Origin: Octopus sinensis
Lineage: Eukaryota
Assembly (NCBI RefSeq): GCF_006345805.1
Contig: NW_021836044.1
Coordinates: forward strand, 1-25,483
Direction: 5' to 3'
DNA length: 25,483 nt
In this document: positions 1-11,785 of the stretch, piece by piece
How positions within the stretch are numbered: the stretch's first letter is position 1
Layout: every line of letters starts with the position of its first letter
The notes under the pieces: generated by a model
What the model was told of the DNA's origin: nothing
Seen by the model: the letters and a program-made list of their open reading frames with translations, nothing else
Database searches by the model: none
Position numbers and translations under genes: made by a program

Positions 1-669
1 ACCCGGATACCAGTCAGTCTGTCGCAATGTTAACCCCTGGTTAATGCTGGTGCTTCTCAGATGAGAGCACTGGAAGTGTCTTTCTCGTGGACACAACTTA
101 CCGAAACAATAAATGCATACGCCTATATGTGTGTGTGCGCGCGCTTATGTACATATCCGTGTGTATGTGGGTGTATTTTTGTATGCATGTACACACACAC
201 ACACATAATCTTTTATTCTTTTATTCTTTTGCTTATTTAAAGGTGAATTTTAAAGTCGTTATGCCAATCACATAATCCCCTTCCGACATAGGCCAAAAGT
301 AAAGGTACGAAAGTGGCTAAGTTTGGAAGAAAACAAAACACCACATGTGACTGGTTGGGAAGTAATTGAGAAACCATAACTTATGTGAATGGATCGAATA
401 AATATAAACATTTTTTAGCGTAAAGAGTGCATATCCTGTTCAGATCTAAGATGCTTAATTCTCTATTAGACTCTAGGTCTGGAATTTTCAGTCGTTGTCA
501 AGTATAAATATATTTTGAAGATCTGCAAAATTCCGTCTATTCTTGATTAGATTTTTGATATTTTATTAGCCTTATAATTCAAGGTCTAACAAGGAGAACA
601 CTTAAATGCTGTTTTTACTTTTCCCTTTTCCCATTTTCGTTTTTGTGCTTTCGCTTTCCGATTTCCGGA

Positions 670-2025
670 ACACTGGGCATGCTGTGGAAGACATGCACTG
701 GGGCTGCGGCATCTCCAAACATTCTGCGTAAATGGTGAACAGGTGTGGTCATCGTTTGTCAAACAGGATTTTCCACATCTCATCTCCTTGAGTAAGCTGC
801 AGTCGTGGGTCAAGAAGAGACCGAGGAATGGTTACTGGCATCTGGAATGTTGCTAGGCACTCACTGTCCTCTACCAGGTGGGCAATGCGATCAGTGGAAA
901 ATCCACTCTGAAGTTCTATGGAGGGTTAGTGGAGGGAAAGTGCGATGAAGCACTTGGAGAGACGCTAGGCGTTGACAAAATTGAACTAACCAGTCTGTTG
1001 AGGAGGACTTTCAAGACGGGGATAATGGATAACTTCTAGAAGTCCCTTGCTTTGCAGTGCTATCGGGGGGCACTGCCGGATCGAGATAAACTCTACAAGC
1101 ACGGAAGCGCTGCCTGACCGACCTACCCGAGATGTGCGCAGAGCGATGAAAGCGTTCTGCACGCACTCGTCCAGTGTCCTTGCAGTACTGACTTGTGGAG
1201 TTATGTTGTGTAGGCAGTTTCTATCTATCGGCCGAGTCCGTAGTGAAGATCGATCAGCCGCTTTCCATCAGTCCGGAATTTCAGGCAATTTACTTCTGTC
1301 TAATAGCAGTAGCGAAAGAGGCTGTATTGTGGACCAGGTTAAACGGACTAAAGACAGAGAATTTTCTCTACGGCCAATCACGGGTCACCTTTTTCAAATT
1401 TCCTTTGGAAAGGAAGATGAGGGTGCAGAGTGAAGTGCTGCCTCCCAGTACGTTTGCCAAAAGGTGGATGAACAGAGAAAATGGTACGTGTGAGTGGACC
1501 TACTCTAATAACACGCCTTTGGGCTAGTGAATTTGAGAGGGAGGAGAGTGCTCTTACCAGATGCCCTCGAAGCGTCGAGTGGTTCAGGATTGGGGTGTGG
1601 TACCTGAGCCAACTCCAGGGGATTACCTGCACCTATTACGAACTTTCATAGTTATATTCTTTTGTCGGATATCATTGTTATTCTTTTATCTGTGTACTCG
1701 TTGTCTCTCCGTTAAATCCCCACTGTCCATGTCTACTGTATCCTGTTTCTTTACTACCCACAAGGGGCTAAACACAGAAAAGACAAACAAGGACAGACAA
1801 ACGGATTAAGTCGATTATATCGACCAGAGTGCGTAACTGGTACTTCTTTAATCGACCCCGAAAGGCTGAAAGGCAAAGTCGACCTCGGGGGAATTTGAAC
1901 TCAGAAGGTAACTGCAGAAGAAATACCGCTAAGCATTTAGCCCGAAGTACTGAAGATTCTGCCAGCTCTCACCGCCTTGTCTACTGTATCTTCTCCGATA
2001 TGCCGGCCCTATTGGCAAGTAATAA
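670..2025 (+). mobile_element. Decayed 3' fragment of a related Tx1/L1 LINE with a nested SINE
   Basis: Homologous to the 4698 ORF (RHALGLRHL..NGEQVWS..WVKKRPR..LPDRDKLYKHGS..LHALVQC..FAKRWMN), with stops and frameshifts. Ends gccctattggcaa.taataat, similar to the 3' end of the 4698 element. Confidence 0.85.
1746..1977 (-). mobile_element. tRNA-derived SINE (Octopus-type) with a 13-bp target-site duplication
   Basis: The minus strand has A-box-like TGGCAGAATC and B-box GAGTTCAAATTC. TSD tgtctactgtatc at 1730-1742 and 1978-1990. Confidence 0.88.
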
Positions 2026-2155
2026 TGATAATATGGTAGCATAATTACTGGCAAATATTAAGGTTTTATCCAAAAGTATTTGTGATATTGACGGGTAATC
2101 ATTTGATACAGTTTTATAATTTAGAGTTGAGGAATTATGTATGATATTTGAATTG

Positions 2156-2266
2156 GACGGGTAGATGTCTACACTTTATTGTTAATAGGACATCTGAAGA
2201 AGGCTGGAGAATACCTCAGCCGAAACGTTATAGTAACAACTAACAAGATGAGGACACCTGTCCGTC
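2156..2266 (+). ncRNA. Minimal type I hammerhead-like motif (PLE-type)
   Basis: CUGAAGA (2194-2200), extra A, stem II ggctg/cagcc, GAAA (2222-2225), minimal palindromic AACGTT stem III. Long interrupted stem I: ttgtta/taacaa, and 2156-2169 pairing with 2253-2266. Confidence 0.6.
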
Positions 2267-2279
2267 GATTGTAATTATT

Positions 2280-2486
2280 CTTTTCTACTCTAGTCACAAA
2301 GCCCGAAATTTTGGGGTAGGGCCCAATTGATTAGATCGACCCCACTATGCAACGGGTACTTAATGTTTCAAACCCGAAAGGATGAAAGGTAAAGTCGAAA
2401 TCGGCGGAATTTTGAACTCATAACGTAAAAACAGAACGTTAAGCATTTTGCCCTGCGTGCAAACGTTTCTGCCAACTCGGCGCCTT
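2280..2486 (-). mobile_element. tRNA-derived SINE of a related subfamily with a ~16-bp TSD
   Basis: Shares the head and core (cccgaaaggatgaaagg.aaagtcga..tcggcggaattt.gaactc) but has a different tail. TSD gtcgattgtaattatt (2264-2279) / gtcaattgtaaatatt (2487-2502). Confidence 0.85.
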
Positions 2487-2993
2487 GTCAATTGTAAATA
2501 TTGCAATAATTTGACATGTCAAACTGAAGGAAATTCGTGCGTTTATGGTGGAAAGAGGGAAACCAAAAATAACATCTCAAGTGCAATTCCATAGCGGGAG
2601 CTCAACGTTATTCCTGACACGGTGTATAATACGGTCAATAATGCATTAACTAACTCGACCCAAATCGGATTTTCTGAGGCAAATGAGTCGGATGGAAAGC
2701 CTAGAATAGAACTTATAACCTCCCTCTCAAACCCTTATCTGATATCGAACCGCTTAAGTCCATCCTTTTTTCACTAATTTAACTTGGACATAAACTAATC
2801 CACTTTCTACCACTCTCACCTTTAATACCATCAGTGGTCTTATGATCTTGAAATCTATTTTCTCCATCCTGCAACTATTCTCTGTCTAAACATCCCTAAC
2901 TCCCCTTCCTATTAAATGTAGCCCTCTATAAAATCAATCAGTCTTAAACCTATATCATGACAACATTTTAAATGCAAAATTTTTAATATAAAC

Positions 2994-3085
2994 TTCTTCC
3001 CCCGGAGAGGTGATGTTATCCAACAATGGACCCTGATATCTGTCGTATATCAGGACCACAAAGATCCCTGAAACGGCCGTAGAAC
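2994..3085 (+). ncRNA. Degenerate hammerhead motif
   Basis: CCGGAGA (2 mismatches to CUGANGA, 3002-3008), long stem II containing cctgatat/atatcagg, GAAA (3070-3073), palindromic cggccg, UA, then gaac. Same architecture as the 13609 ribozyme. Confidence 0.4.
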
Positions 3086-3370
3086 ATTTAAAACTCTACC
3101 TATACTATTTGTGATACTGTTTTATCTGAAAATTGGACTATGTCTTCTTAATATCCACACACGTTTACCTTTTTGATTTCCATTCAATGTATCTTCATAT
3201 GTAAATGTAGATAAATATCTAGCTTGCTTGTCGTTTCTTTACGTATCTAAAGTCTCAAGTTCTAATCTCTTCAGCACTTCGAAGTGAACACCTGTATCTA
3301 AAGTAGAAAATAAAATATATATATGAATATGTATATATATATATACATATAAATACATATACATACGCAC

Positions 3371-3412
<42 letters not shown>

Positions 3413-3417
3413 TTATT

Positions 3418-3763
3418 TATATTAAGGGCATTACTATATAGAAATGCCTCGCGCTAAGAGGGATTCTTGAAGTCAACACTACTATAATAATCACATTGTA
3501 TCAAACGCAAGGATACAAGAGATCGTCTGGTACGTTGATTTTTGTTAAATTTTATGTCTTGACAAAGGCTGCGCTGATGAGTGAAAAGTGCATTTTGTGC
3601 ACTAATTACGGAATCATATGATGTTCAGCTACGTCTGTTTCTGGAGGCTCGCTTTGAGAGTTGCATTCCCTCGCGTTTTGTACAATGTGGGCATTATAGT
3701 AGTTTTGACTTCAAGAGACCCTCCTAGCGTGAGGCATTTATGTATAAATAATGCCCTTAATAT
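3418..3763. repeat. Older imperfect inverted repeat (arms ~3418-3518 and 3661-3763) enclosing a decayed hammerhead
   Basis: attaagggcatta..aaatgcctc.cgcta.gaggg..tcttgaagtcaa.actactataat..cacattgta is matched by its reverse complement. Flanked by TA-rich microsatellite. Confidence 0.85.
3567..3630 (+). ncRNA. Degenerate hammerhead motif
   Basis: CUGAUGA (3574-3580), stem II with agtgca/tgcact, GGAA in place of GAAA (3610-3613), palindromic stem III tcatatga, UG in place of UH, stem I ggctg/cagct. Confidence 0.45.
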
Positions 3764-4339
3764 ATATAAATATATTCATAGGGAATAATTAATAAGTTAT
3801 CCCTTCTGAGGTTTTTCACAATAACTACTTGATAAATCCTCGTAAAAATGTTATCCTATATTTCAATTATATATATTTATTAGTAGCCCCAAACTTACTT
3901 TGTTATATACACACACACACACTTATGTATAATATATATATATATAGAATATATATATATATATTATAATATATATATATATATATATTACATATATGTA
4001 TATATCTATGTATATGTGAGCATGTGTATGTATATGTGTATGTGTTTCAGTTTCCACTATGACCGCTTAGGAAGAGGTTCCGGTTTTTTACGTCCCAGTA
4101 ATTTGGCCGATCGGTATCTTGTTAATTCCTTACAACCACTTGAAACTTTTCACATTTTTACCACATCATTTTCAAAGCATTTACGTCTGATGCAGAATTG
4201 CCTGCCGCTGACGATAATTGCATTCATGTTTTTCTTTTTTCTGGTAAGTAATAAAAAAAAATCAAAAGTATAAAGTTGCGTAACTGTAGGCAAATCAGCG
4301 GAAGGGATCGCGAGAATACGCAGCAGGCTTAACAACAAA

Positions 4340-4420
4340 TACTGGGGTCGATTTGTGCGACTAAAACACTTTAAGGCAGTGCCCCCATAGGCGCAGCCAA
4401 TGGATGACAAACGTAAGGAA
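4340..4420 (+). mobile_element. SINE core/tail fragment
   Basis: tactggggtcgat matches the SINE core seen as atcgacccc in the minus-strand copies, followed by a different tail. Confidence 0.4.
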
Positions 4421-4550
4421 TTGTTTACAGCTATGGTTTAAATTCTACGCCATAAATTAGAATTGTCGGATCTCATCGAAGACAGCGAACGGGAATTGAA
4501 GCTCTATGGTTTGTGTTCCTGAAATTTTAAAGGATGCAACAATAGAAAAT

Positions 4551-4591
4551 GATCTATCTATCGATCAATCAATCGATCTTCTATCTATATC

Positions 4592-4672
<81 letters not shown>

Positions 4673-4697
4673 ATATCTACATATCTATCTATCTATC
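4551..4697. repeat. (TATC)n microsatellite, continuing at 6196-6600
   Basis: Directly visible. Confidence 0.95.
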
Positions 4698-6195
4698 TGG
4701 AACGAGATAACGAGTAGGGTGGTCACTCTCGCCCAGCAATGGGCCGAGAGGAAAGTGTCCCTAAAAGGTCGGGCGGAGGTGGCGAACGCCTACATCGCGT
4801 CCATCATCTACTACCGCCTGACCGTCGTACCTTGTCCCGACCCTACCATCACCAAACTAGAACGCATCCTCTTCCGCTTCTTGTGGAAAGGATGCGTCCC
4901 GATGGTCAGGCGATCCATTTGCTGCCAACACCCGTTAAAAGAAGGGCTGGGCATGCCGTGGTTGATGATGCGCAGACACGCGCTGAGACTGCGACATCTC
5001 CGGCTCTATGTTCACGACGGTGAACAGGTGTGGTCGCCGTTTGTGAGGCACGCATTCCCGCAACTCGTCTCCATGACCGAACAACAGTCGTGGATCAAAA
5101 AGAGGCCGAGGAAGGGCGAATGGCACCGCGAGTGTCGCGTTGCTCTCAAGCAACTCTGCCGTCCCAGGTCGACCTTGAGTGACTTCAACACAACCAAAGA
5201 ATTCTATAGGGGATTAGTGGAGGGGAGGTACGACGACGATCTCGTGGCAAACCTGGGCGTCGACGAGGAATACCTGACCCGCCTGTTTCAAACGACTTTC
5301 GGCCCGGGACCTATGGACAACTTCCAGAGATCCCTGGCCTGGCGGTGCTACCGAGAAGCGCTACCCGTTCGGGATAAGCTCTATAGGCATGGCTCGAGAA
5401 ACACGGGGCCGACCTGCCCGAGATGCGGGCAGAGCGACGAAACCGCTCTGCACGCAATCGTGCAGTGTCCAGCAATTTCCGACCTGTGGGCTTATGTCGA
5501 ACGACTGCTGTCACGTGTGGGACGTGTCGGTTTATCAGCCGAGTCTATCGTTAATATCGTCACGCCTCCTCCCTTCAAACGGGAAGGAAGAGCTATTTTT
5601 ATCATACTTGTGGCTATGGCGAAAGAATGTATCTGGTGGACGCGCCCGAAAGGATTGGAGACAAACACTTTCCTCTCTGGTCAATCTCTCATCAACTTCT
5701 TCAAGTATCACATGAAGAGGAAAGTGAGAGTAGAGAGGCAAATTTTGTCTAGCGAATGTTTTAAAAAAAAGATGGGTGAATGTAGCAAGGATGGCACGTA
5801 TGAATGACGAAGCCACCTTGACTATGTTTCTATGAACCGTAAAAATTAATACAGAGAGTTGCTTATTTGCAAAAAAAAAATAAAAGAAAGAAATATAACA
5901 TGTGACTTCATTGACCGAGGTTATCGTGGTCTTTTCCGTAGGCTTTTCTTTACACTTCATATTGACATTTCTGTGATTACGATCCCTATTGATCAACTTT
6001 TTTCCTCTCCCCTTTCCTTTTATTTTTTTCCCTCTCCCCCCTTTTTTAAAAAAATCCTCCCCTTTTTGTCCTCTTTCTTTCCTTTTACGATCCCTTTTGA
6101 TCGAAACCCAACCCCCTTTTTTTACCCCCAAAAGAAAAGCTCAACCTTGTAATTTGTTCTGTCTGTGTGCAGCCCTGTGTGGCTAATAAAGAAAC
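4698..6195 (+). mobile_element. 5'-truncated Tx1/L1-clade non-LTR retrotransposon (C-terminal ORF2 plus 3' UTR)
   Basis: Open frame WNEITSRV..SLKGRAEVANAYIASIIYYRL..FRFLWKG..GLGMP with a zf-RVT CCHC motif CPRCGQSDETALHAIVQC. One extra A in the run at ~5763-5770 hides the likely true end KKRWVN..TMFL* (5835). AATAAA at 6185. Flanked on both sides by (TATC)n. Confidence 0.9.
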
Positions 6196-6330
6196 ATATC
6201 TATCTATCTATCTATCTATGTCCATCTATCTCTATCTATCCATCTATCTATCTATCTATCTATGTATCTATTTATCTATCTATCTATCAATCTATCTATC
6301 TATCTATCTATCTATCTATGTCTATATATC

Positions 6331-6400
<70 letters not shown>

Positions 6401-6440
6401 ACTGTCTATCTATGACTATCTATCTCTATCTTTCCATCTT

Positions 6441-6522
<82 letters not shown>

Positions 6523-7351
6523 AATCAAACTATCATGTGTCTGTCTAGCTATCTCTCTATCAATCATTGTCTGTATCTTTATCTTTCTATCTCTCTATCT
6601 ATTACGTCTCTCCATATATCGATATACATATATATATATACACACACATATATACATTCATTTACATTTGCTTATTTTGACACACACAAACACACACGCA
6701 GACACACACTTTCACACACACATATACATAATATAAAGGGAGAGGAAAATCAAATCATGGGACGCAACTTACAAGCATTGTACTACAATCCAGGCTCTGG
6801 TAAACCACATCGAATGGTCCGGCAAAACGGGAAAATCTTTATGGTAAACAATCATTGTCTTTCACTTAGTTCCAAAATTCCGAGTTCACTATTTCGGGTT
6901 TTATCCTGTGTAAAAGACATTAAAATAAGAATTAAATGTTACACATGAAGTAACTTACTTTTTAGTATATTTTATATACAATGAAATTTAGTTATTTTAT
7001 ACCTGTGAATGACACGCCTTTCTGCTGCATGTATATCATAAGCATTAGCATCAGGTTACATCCTGCTGGTTGAAAACTGTACCACCAGTATGCAGTAATT
7101 ATAACTTTAGACTCAGATACTGATACCGGTGGAATGTAAAATACGGCTGCATGCCATTGCTAAAATTTTGAATAAACAGGATGCAAACTTACACCGGGCA
7201 CAATAATGTGCTATGATACACATATACACACCCGCAAACACACACATGCTCACACATACACACACACACATTCATATATATATACGCATAATTGTGTTCG
7301 TTGTGTTCTGCTACTTCAATGAAAAAATGTTTGGTAAATAAACAAATGACG

Positions 7352-7399
<48 letters not shown>

Positions 7400-7437
7400 A
7401 CATATATATATAAACATTCACTAACTCTTACGAACAG

Positions 7438-7456
7438 AGGTGAAACCAATTCTTTG
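7438..7456 (+). other. Paralogous candidate 19-nt micro-exon
   Basis: CACTAAC-tcttacgaacAG | AGGTGAAACCAATTCTTTG | GTAAGT. Splice signals match the 16621 copy while 3 of 19 exon bases differ. Confidence 0.4.
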
Positions 7457-7631
7457 GTAAGTTACGATTTTCATTATATTACATCGGCCATCAATTGGCC
7501 ATCGTTCAGACACCTCAACGGCATTTAGGATGGGATAAAAAGGGTCTCCACCCTTAAGACATCATATGTTTGTGTTCCCAAATTACCTAAAATGTTATTT
7601 ATGCTTTTATTTTTACTTCAGTAATTTTCAG

Positions 7632-7843
7632 TTAACCCATTAGCATTGGCACTGGCCACGTCGGGCCCAAATATTCTTCCTGTTTTCTGTGGAAACTGAA
7701 CACATTAGTCCTTTCACAACCACCATGCAGTTATTCTAAAAGTAAGCAATCACATAATCAAAATCTCAAAGCTAGAAGATAACGTATGTTTAATTGTAAA
7801 CGATGTGAATAAATAAGTAATTCATCTGAATGTTGAAGGAGTA
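7632..7843. mobile_element. Decayed piggyBac-type MITE (paralog 16815-17028)
   Basis: Left end TTAA-CCCattagcatt and degenerate right end aatgttgaaggagta, about 210 bp, non-coding. Confidence 0.5.
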
Positions 7844-8385
7844 TCCCCTTCTAGCTGGTACAATAATGAAACAGCAATTCCATCTCAAATTACAAGTGGG
7901 GTCTTTTTTAAGAACACATTTCAGGTTCGAGGGAGTGGTTAAGAATGTTAGTAGTACAAAAAATCGGGTCGGTATTTTTCTTAGTATTTGACTTTTGTTA
8001 ATTATTGTTTGAAGCCGAGAAGGGTCAAATGAGAGTAGAGACGGTTGAAAAGCAAAAATTTGAAGAAATTTGTGATGTGTGTTGGAGAGATTTAGGAGGC
8101 TGAGAGGAGGATGAAAAATCGATTGATCATAATACTTGGAATAAATTTGGGATGCGTGTTATATATATTTATATTTCTGTGGGTATCTATATATATGCTG
8201 ACTACTTAATGTTTTTGATACTGTGTATTAATGTAGGAGTTTATATGTATATATATTGTGCGTATATGTGTGTGTGTTTGCATGTATGTATGTAAGAGCT
8301 TATATGTATATATTATGTATTTGTAAATGCAATTTTGGATATTTCATATGTATTGCATATGCTCATATATATATATATATATATA

Positions 8386-8445
<60 letters not shown>

Positions 8446-8574
8446 TGTATACATAGACACACACACATATATTAGCTATTTGGAATGTGTTCACTTGTCG
8501 ATTGTCAGGTTGACTCTTGTTTTACATTACAGCTTTGATTATTTAGAATTAGGGAAGTGCATGAATGTCGGGTA

Positions 8575-9340
8575 GTATTTATGCTTACGATAAAAAATAA
8601 CGTCAGAGAATTTAACAGTGAGGAGTTGTGGAGGCGAAGAATAGTTAATGACTCTTTAATACATAACATACATTTATCTATATTTGTGTTGTATAGGAGA
8701 GCTTCACATACTATGGACCACGATAGAGCGTATTGGACATTGTTTTCAATTGAGGTTGTATATGTGTGTTGCTAAAGATAGAAATAGTTTAGATTTGGGA
8801 TTAGTGAAATAATACATATGAGCACGACAACGGCATTCGAATGCCTCAGTGCCATAAATATATACCCTTGCCTGGTGGGTACATGGGATCATCACGTGGC
8901 ACTTATAGATTACGCTTTTGAGGAGACAGGTGTCTGCATACCGTATATTTCAGAGCCAGTCAGTTGCAAGTGGTTGGGGTTTACTATTAGTAATGTTGAT
9001 GTTGGTTGGTTTGTTGTTAGTGGGGAGAATCTAACTTAGGATTTATATTAGTATCGGAGTGGGAGTTTGTAATGGAACTAATATTTGTCGTCTCGTAGAT
9101 AGGGTTGTAGAATATTGGCTGAAGTTTAGTATTATACAATTGAGGTGGCTTATTAATGTTTGTATTATTGTATTGTGAAGTTTAGCTTGGAATTTTGGGG
9201 AAAATTTTGGTTTTATCCACACATAAACTTTGAGATGTATTGTTGATTTTTTTGATTTTATCTTACTATAATCAGCAACAAACACATTCCGTCAATATTA
9301 AATTCTTTATTGGATAAAAAAAACATTATCAAAACTTGAA
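8575..9340 (-). mobile_element. Penelope-like element 3' fragment with a GIY-YIG endonuclease pseudogene
   Basis: Minus strand 8934-8575 reads DTCLLKSVIYKCHV..VYIYGTEAFECRCRAH..LATHIYNL / ENNVQYALSWSIV..YNTNIDKCMLCIKESLTI, i.e. the GIY-YIG core plus the PLE C-terminal CxLC motif. The right boundary is approximate. Confidence 0.75.
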
Positions 9341-9459
9341 GGTAAAACAAAACAAATGTGCTTTGTTTTCTTCCAGGCACAAATGTCCTGTAGCAATAGT
9401 CTTTCATCGACCGACCTTTCCTCCAAAAAAATCAGTGGAATCATTCGATCTCCATACAC

Positions 9460-9577
9460 AAATTATTTTCCTCCTGGAACTATAAAAAAAGTTACACACA
9501 TTAGGCGCACCTTTCTCTAAGCGGCACACTAAATTTCCCAGGTAAGAATAGCGGCTTATACACCGGAAAATACGGTG
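9460..9577. mobile_element. Small Tc1/mariner-pogo-type MITE remnant
   Basis: Right end gcggcttatacaccggaaaatacgg resembles the CCGTATTTTCCGG..TATAAG TIR type, with internal taggcgcac. The left end is degenerate. Confidence 0.4.
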
Positions 9578-10420
9578 TTTCATTTTTTGTCATATTCATA
9601 TCGACTTCCACTCCATAAACGTTACACAAACACTTGACTGCGCATGCCTAAATGTCTACATTAAAGTATTTTCTAAGCTAAATTCTCTGCTTGATCTACA
9701 GGCTCATTAGGCCCCCAGTATATCTCGGTATCGAACGCATTTCAACACACAAGGATGCAACACAAGATGCCAGTCTGTCGCAATGTTAACCCCTGGTTAA
9801 TGCTGGTACTTTTCAGATGAGAGCACTGGAAGTGTCTTTCTCGTGGACACAACTTACCGAAACAATAATCCATACGCCTATATGTGTGTGTGTGCGCGCT
9901 TACGAACATATCCGTGCGTATGTGTGTGTATTTTTGTATGCATGTACACACACACACACACAATCTTTTATTCTTTTAATCTTTTGCTTATTTAAGGTGA
10001 ATTTCAAAGTCGTTATGCCAATCACATAATCACCTTCCGACATAGGCCAAAAGTAAAGCTACGAAAGTGGCTAAGTTTGGAAGAAAACGAAACACCACAT
10101 GTGACTGGTTGGGAAGTAATTGAGAATCCATAACTGATGTGAATGGATCGAATAAATATATGCTTTGTTTAGCTGAAAGAGTGCATATCCTGTTCAGATC
10201 TAAGATGCTTAATTCTCTATTGGACTCTAGGTCGGAAATTTTCAGTCGTTATCAAGTAAAAATATATTTTGAAAAACTGAAAAATTCCGTCTATTCTTGA
10301 TTAAAATTATGATATCTTTTTAGCCTTATAATTCAAGGTCTAACGAGAACTCTTAAATGCTGTTTTTACTTTTCCCTTTTCCCATTTTCGTTTTTGTGCT
10401 TTCGCTTTCCGATTTCCGGA

Positions 10421-11785
10421 ACACTGGGCATGCTGTGGAAGACATGCACTGGGGCTGCGGCATCTCCAAACATTCTGCGTAAATGGTGAACAGGTGTGGT
10501 CATCGTTTGTCAAACAGGCTTTTCCACATCTCATCTCCTTGAGTAAGCTGCAGTCGTGGGTCAAGAAGAGACCGAGGAAGGGTTACTGGCATCTGGAATG
10601 TTGCTAGGCACTCACTGTCCTCTACCAGGTGGGCAATGCGATCAGTGGAAAATCCACTCTGAAGTTCTATGGAGGTTTAGTGGAGGGAAAGTGCGATGAA
10701 GCACCTGGAGAGACGTTAGGCGTTGACAAAATTGAACTAACCAGTCTGTTGAGGAGGACTTTCAAGACGGGGATAATGGATAACTTCTAGAAGTCCCTTG
10801 CTTTGCAGTGCTATCGGGGGGCACTGCCGGATCGAGATAAACTCTACAAGCACGGAAGCGCTGTCTGACCGACCTACCCGAGATATGCGCAGAGCGATGA
10901 AAGCGTTCTGCACGCACTCGTCCAGTGTCCCTGCATTACTGGCTTGTGGAGTTATGTTGAAAAGCTGTTATTAAGTGTAGGGAGTTTCTATCTATCGGCC
11001 GAGTCCGTAGTGAAGATCGATCAGCCGCTTTCCATCAGTCCGGAAGGTCAGGCAATTTACTACTGTCTAATAGCAGGAGCGAATGAGGCTGTTTTTTGGA
11101 CCAGGTTAAAAGGACTAAAGGCAAGGACTTTTCTCTACGGCAAATCACGGGTCAACTTTTTCAAAGTTTCTTTGGAAAGGAAGATGAGGGTGCAGAGTGA
11201 AGTGCTGCCTCCCAGTACATTTGCCAAAAGGTGGATGAACAGAGAAAATGGTACGTGTGAGTGGACCTACTCTAATAACACGCCTTTGGGCTAGTGAATT
11301 TGAGAGGGAGGAGAGTGCTCTCACCAGATGCCCTCGAAGCGTCGAGTGGTTCAGGATTGGGGTGTGGGTACCTGAGCCAACTCCAGGGGATTACCTGCAC
11401 CTATTACGAACTTTCATTGTTATATTCTCTTGTCGGACATCATTGTTATTCTTTTAACTGTGTACTCGTTGTCTCTGTGTTAAATCCCCACTGTCCATGT
11501 CTACTGTGTCCTGTTTCTTTACTACCCACAAGGGGCTAAACACAGAGAGGACAAACAAGGACAGACAAACGGATTAAGTTGATTATATCGACCACAGTGC
11601 GTAACTGGTACTCATTTAATCGACCCCGAAAGGATGAAAGGCAAAGTCGAACTCGGGGGAATTTGAACTCAGAAGGTAACGGCAGAAGAAATACCGCTAA
11701 GCATTTCGCTCGACTTACTGAAGATTCTGCCAGCTCTCACCGCCTTTTCTACTGTATCTTCTCCCATATGCCGGCCCTATTGGCA

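Larger units (their letters stand above)
15..2030 (+). repeat. Segmental duplication block A, copy 1 (copy 2 at 9771-11795)
   Basis: Colinear alignment with offset ~9756 covering unique sequence, the LINE and the SINE. Confidence 0.95.
7270..8132 (+). repeat. Segmental duplication block B, copy 1 (copy 2 at ~16480-17320)
   Basis: Colinear alignment with offset ~9183 covering the micro-exon, the MITE and the PLE fragment. Confidence 0.95.

Noticed and set aside
50-310. Possible exon(s) in the unique part of block A (ctcAG-ATG at 61; minus-strand GTAAGT near 100)
   Set aside because: No consistent acceptor/donor pair or conserved frame between the two copies.
3225-3280. Other CTGANGA matches (3268 minus, 4208, 12790, 14353, 19720 minus)
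   Set aside because: None has a properly placed stem II, GAAA and UH.
4506-4697. N-terminus of the 433-aa ORF (MVCVPE...SIYLSIYL)
   Set aside because: It is read-through of the stop-free (TATC)n microsatellite into the truncated LINE, not a real fusion protein.
6165-6948. SIYL-repeat ORFs and the YI/HT/VC-repeat ORFs elsewhere (7189, 8256, 15850-16600)
   Set aside because: They are microsatellite translations.
8480-8520. Minus-strand CTGACAA..GAAC downstream of the PLE GIY-YIG as another hammerhead
   Set aside because: The position is plausible but both core boxes are mutated and there are no convincing stems.
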